NCBI RefSeq assembly: GCF_018350175.1
Contig: NC_058373.1
Coordinates: 102,612,001-102,676,000 of the forward strand
Source: Felis catus
Taxonomy: Eukaryota
Direction of reading: 5' to 3'
Length of the DNA: 64,000 nucleotides
The notes beneath the pieces are model-generated. The model saw only the letters and a program-made list of their open reading frames with translations, did not search any database and was not told where the DNA came from. This document shows, piece after piece, positions 63,346 through 64,000 of the stretch (positions are counted from its first letter, which is position 1; each line of letters starts with the position of its first letter). The translations under genes were made by a program, and so were the position numbers.

Positions 63346-64000
63346 TATTCATTATAAGTGAATTAAATCCTTATTCTGCAGTTTCTCACTGTGATGGATA
63401 CCTCATTCTTGGATACATATAGTTTTCAGTTTACTTCTTTCCTAGGAGCAGAGAGCAGCAGAAAAGTGGGAGGAGAACCCCTTGTTGGAGGGAGTGATGT
63501 TAGAGTGTGGTGGAGATCTTTTGGACCTTCTCTGTGTGATTAGGACCATCGGTTAGATAACTTGCATGTTTTAACTAAGAACATTTACTTTTTATTTGGA
63601 TCAATCTCTTGTCTTTGAGTAGGGGTTACTAATCTTTTTTTCTGTAAATCATACCCTAAAAGCATTGCCTATGATTTCTAGTATTGGTTTCTCTAAAATG
63701 GAATGAAAATGTAGGCACTGGGAAGCTTTCCAAGTTAAAAATCATTCTAGATTTTCCATTCATTCATCAAGGCCTTCCAAAGGATGTAACTTAGTTTTTA
63801 TAGAAATAACAGTTTTTGTTTTCATTCTCCTATTTAATGGATTTATAGAAATAAGTGAGTATATAGGAGAGTAAACTGCTAGCCAGAAACATTTAGCTTT
63901 CTGTGTAGACACCAGCCTATGTATTTTTATCAAGGGGAGAAATGTCATTTACTCCAGTGAGAGAGCTCCTTTAAGATAGTTTTCATGTTGAGTAAGTTTC

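Noticed and set aside
59800..64000. Coding exons of the downstream gene
   Set aside because: No frame resembling the kinectin N-terminus and no convincing exon found; treated as intron 1

Overview
Mammalian genomic DNA, almost certainly felid: it is packed with carnivore tRNA-derived Can-SINEs of the cat SINEC_Fc type and carries a cat-type L1. Most of the window is repeat-dense and intergenic (Can-SINEs, L1, L2, MIR, MaLR and ERVL LTRs, an ERVL pol relic, small DNA transposons). Almost all ORFs in the supplied track are artefacts of these repeats. Non-repeat content: (1) a CpG-island promoter at ~58.5-59.8 kb with a non-coding + strand first exon I recognise from memory as KTN1-like, plus a divergent antisense splice donor; (2) a chain of six small, phase-compatible + strand candidate exons at 0.5-4.6 kb that splice into one open frame ending in a stop and AATAAA, suggesting the 3' end of a gene or unitary pseudogene I cannot name; (3) a ferritin light chain processed pseudogene whose IRE loop reads CGGUGU; (4) a 3'-truncated 7SK retrocopy in a SINE tail; (5) an 88-bp TSD-flanked retro-insertion; (6) candidate minus-strand non-coding exons at 45.3-45.7 kb. 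No prokaryotic-type systems (CRISPR etc.) are present. Repeat family names and gene identities come from recalled consensus sequences, not database searches. Boundaries of old repeats are approximate.
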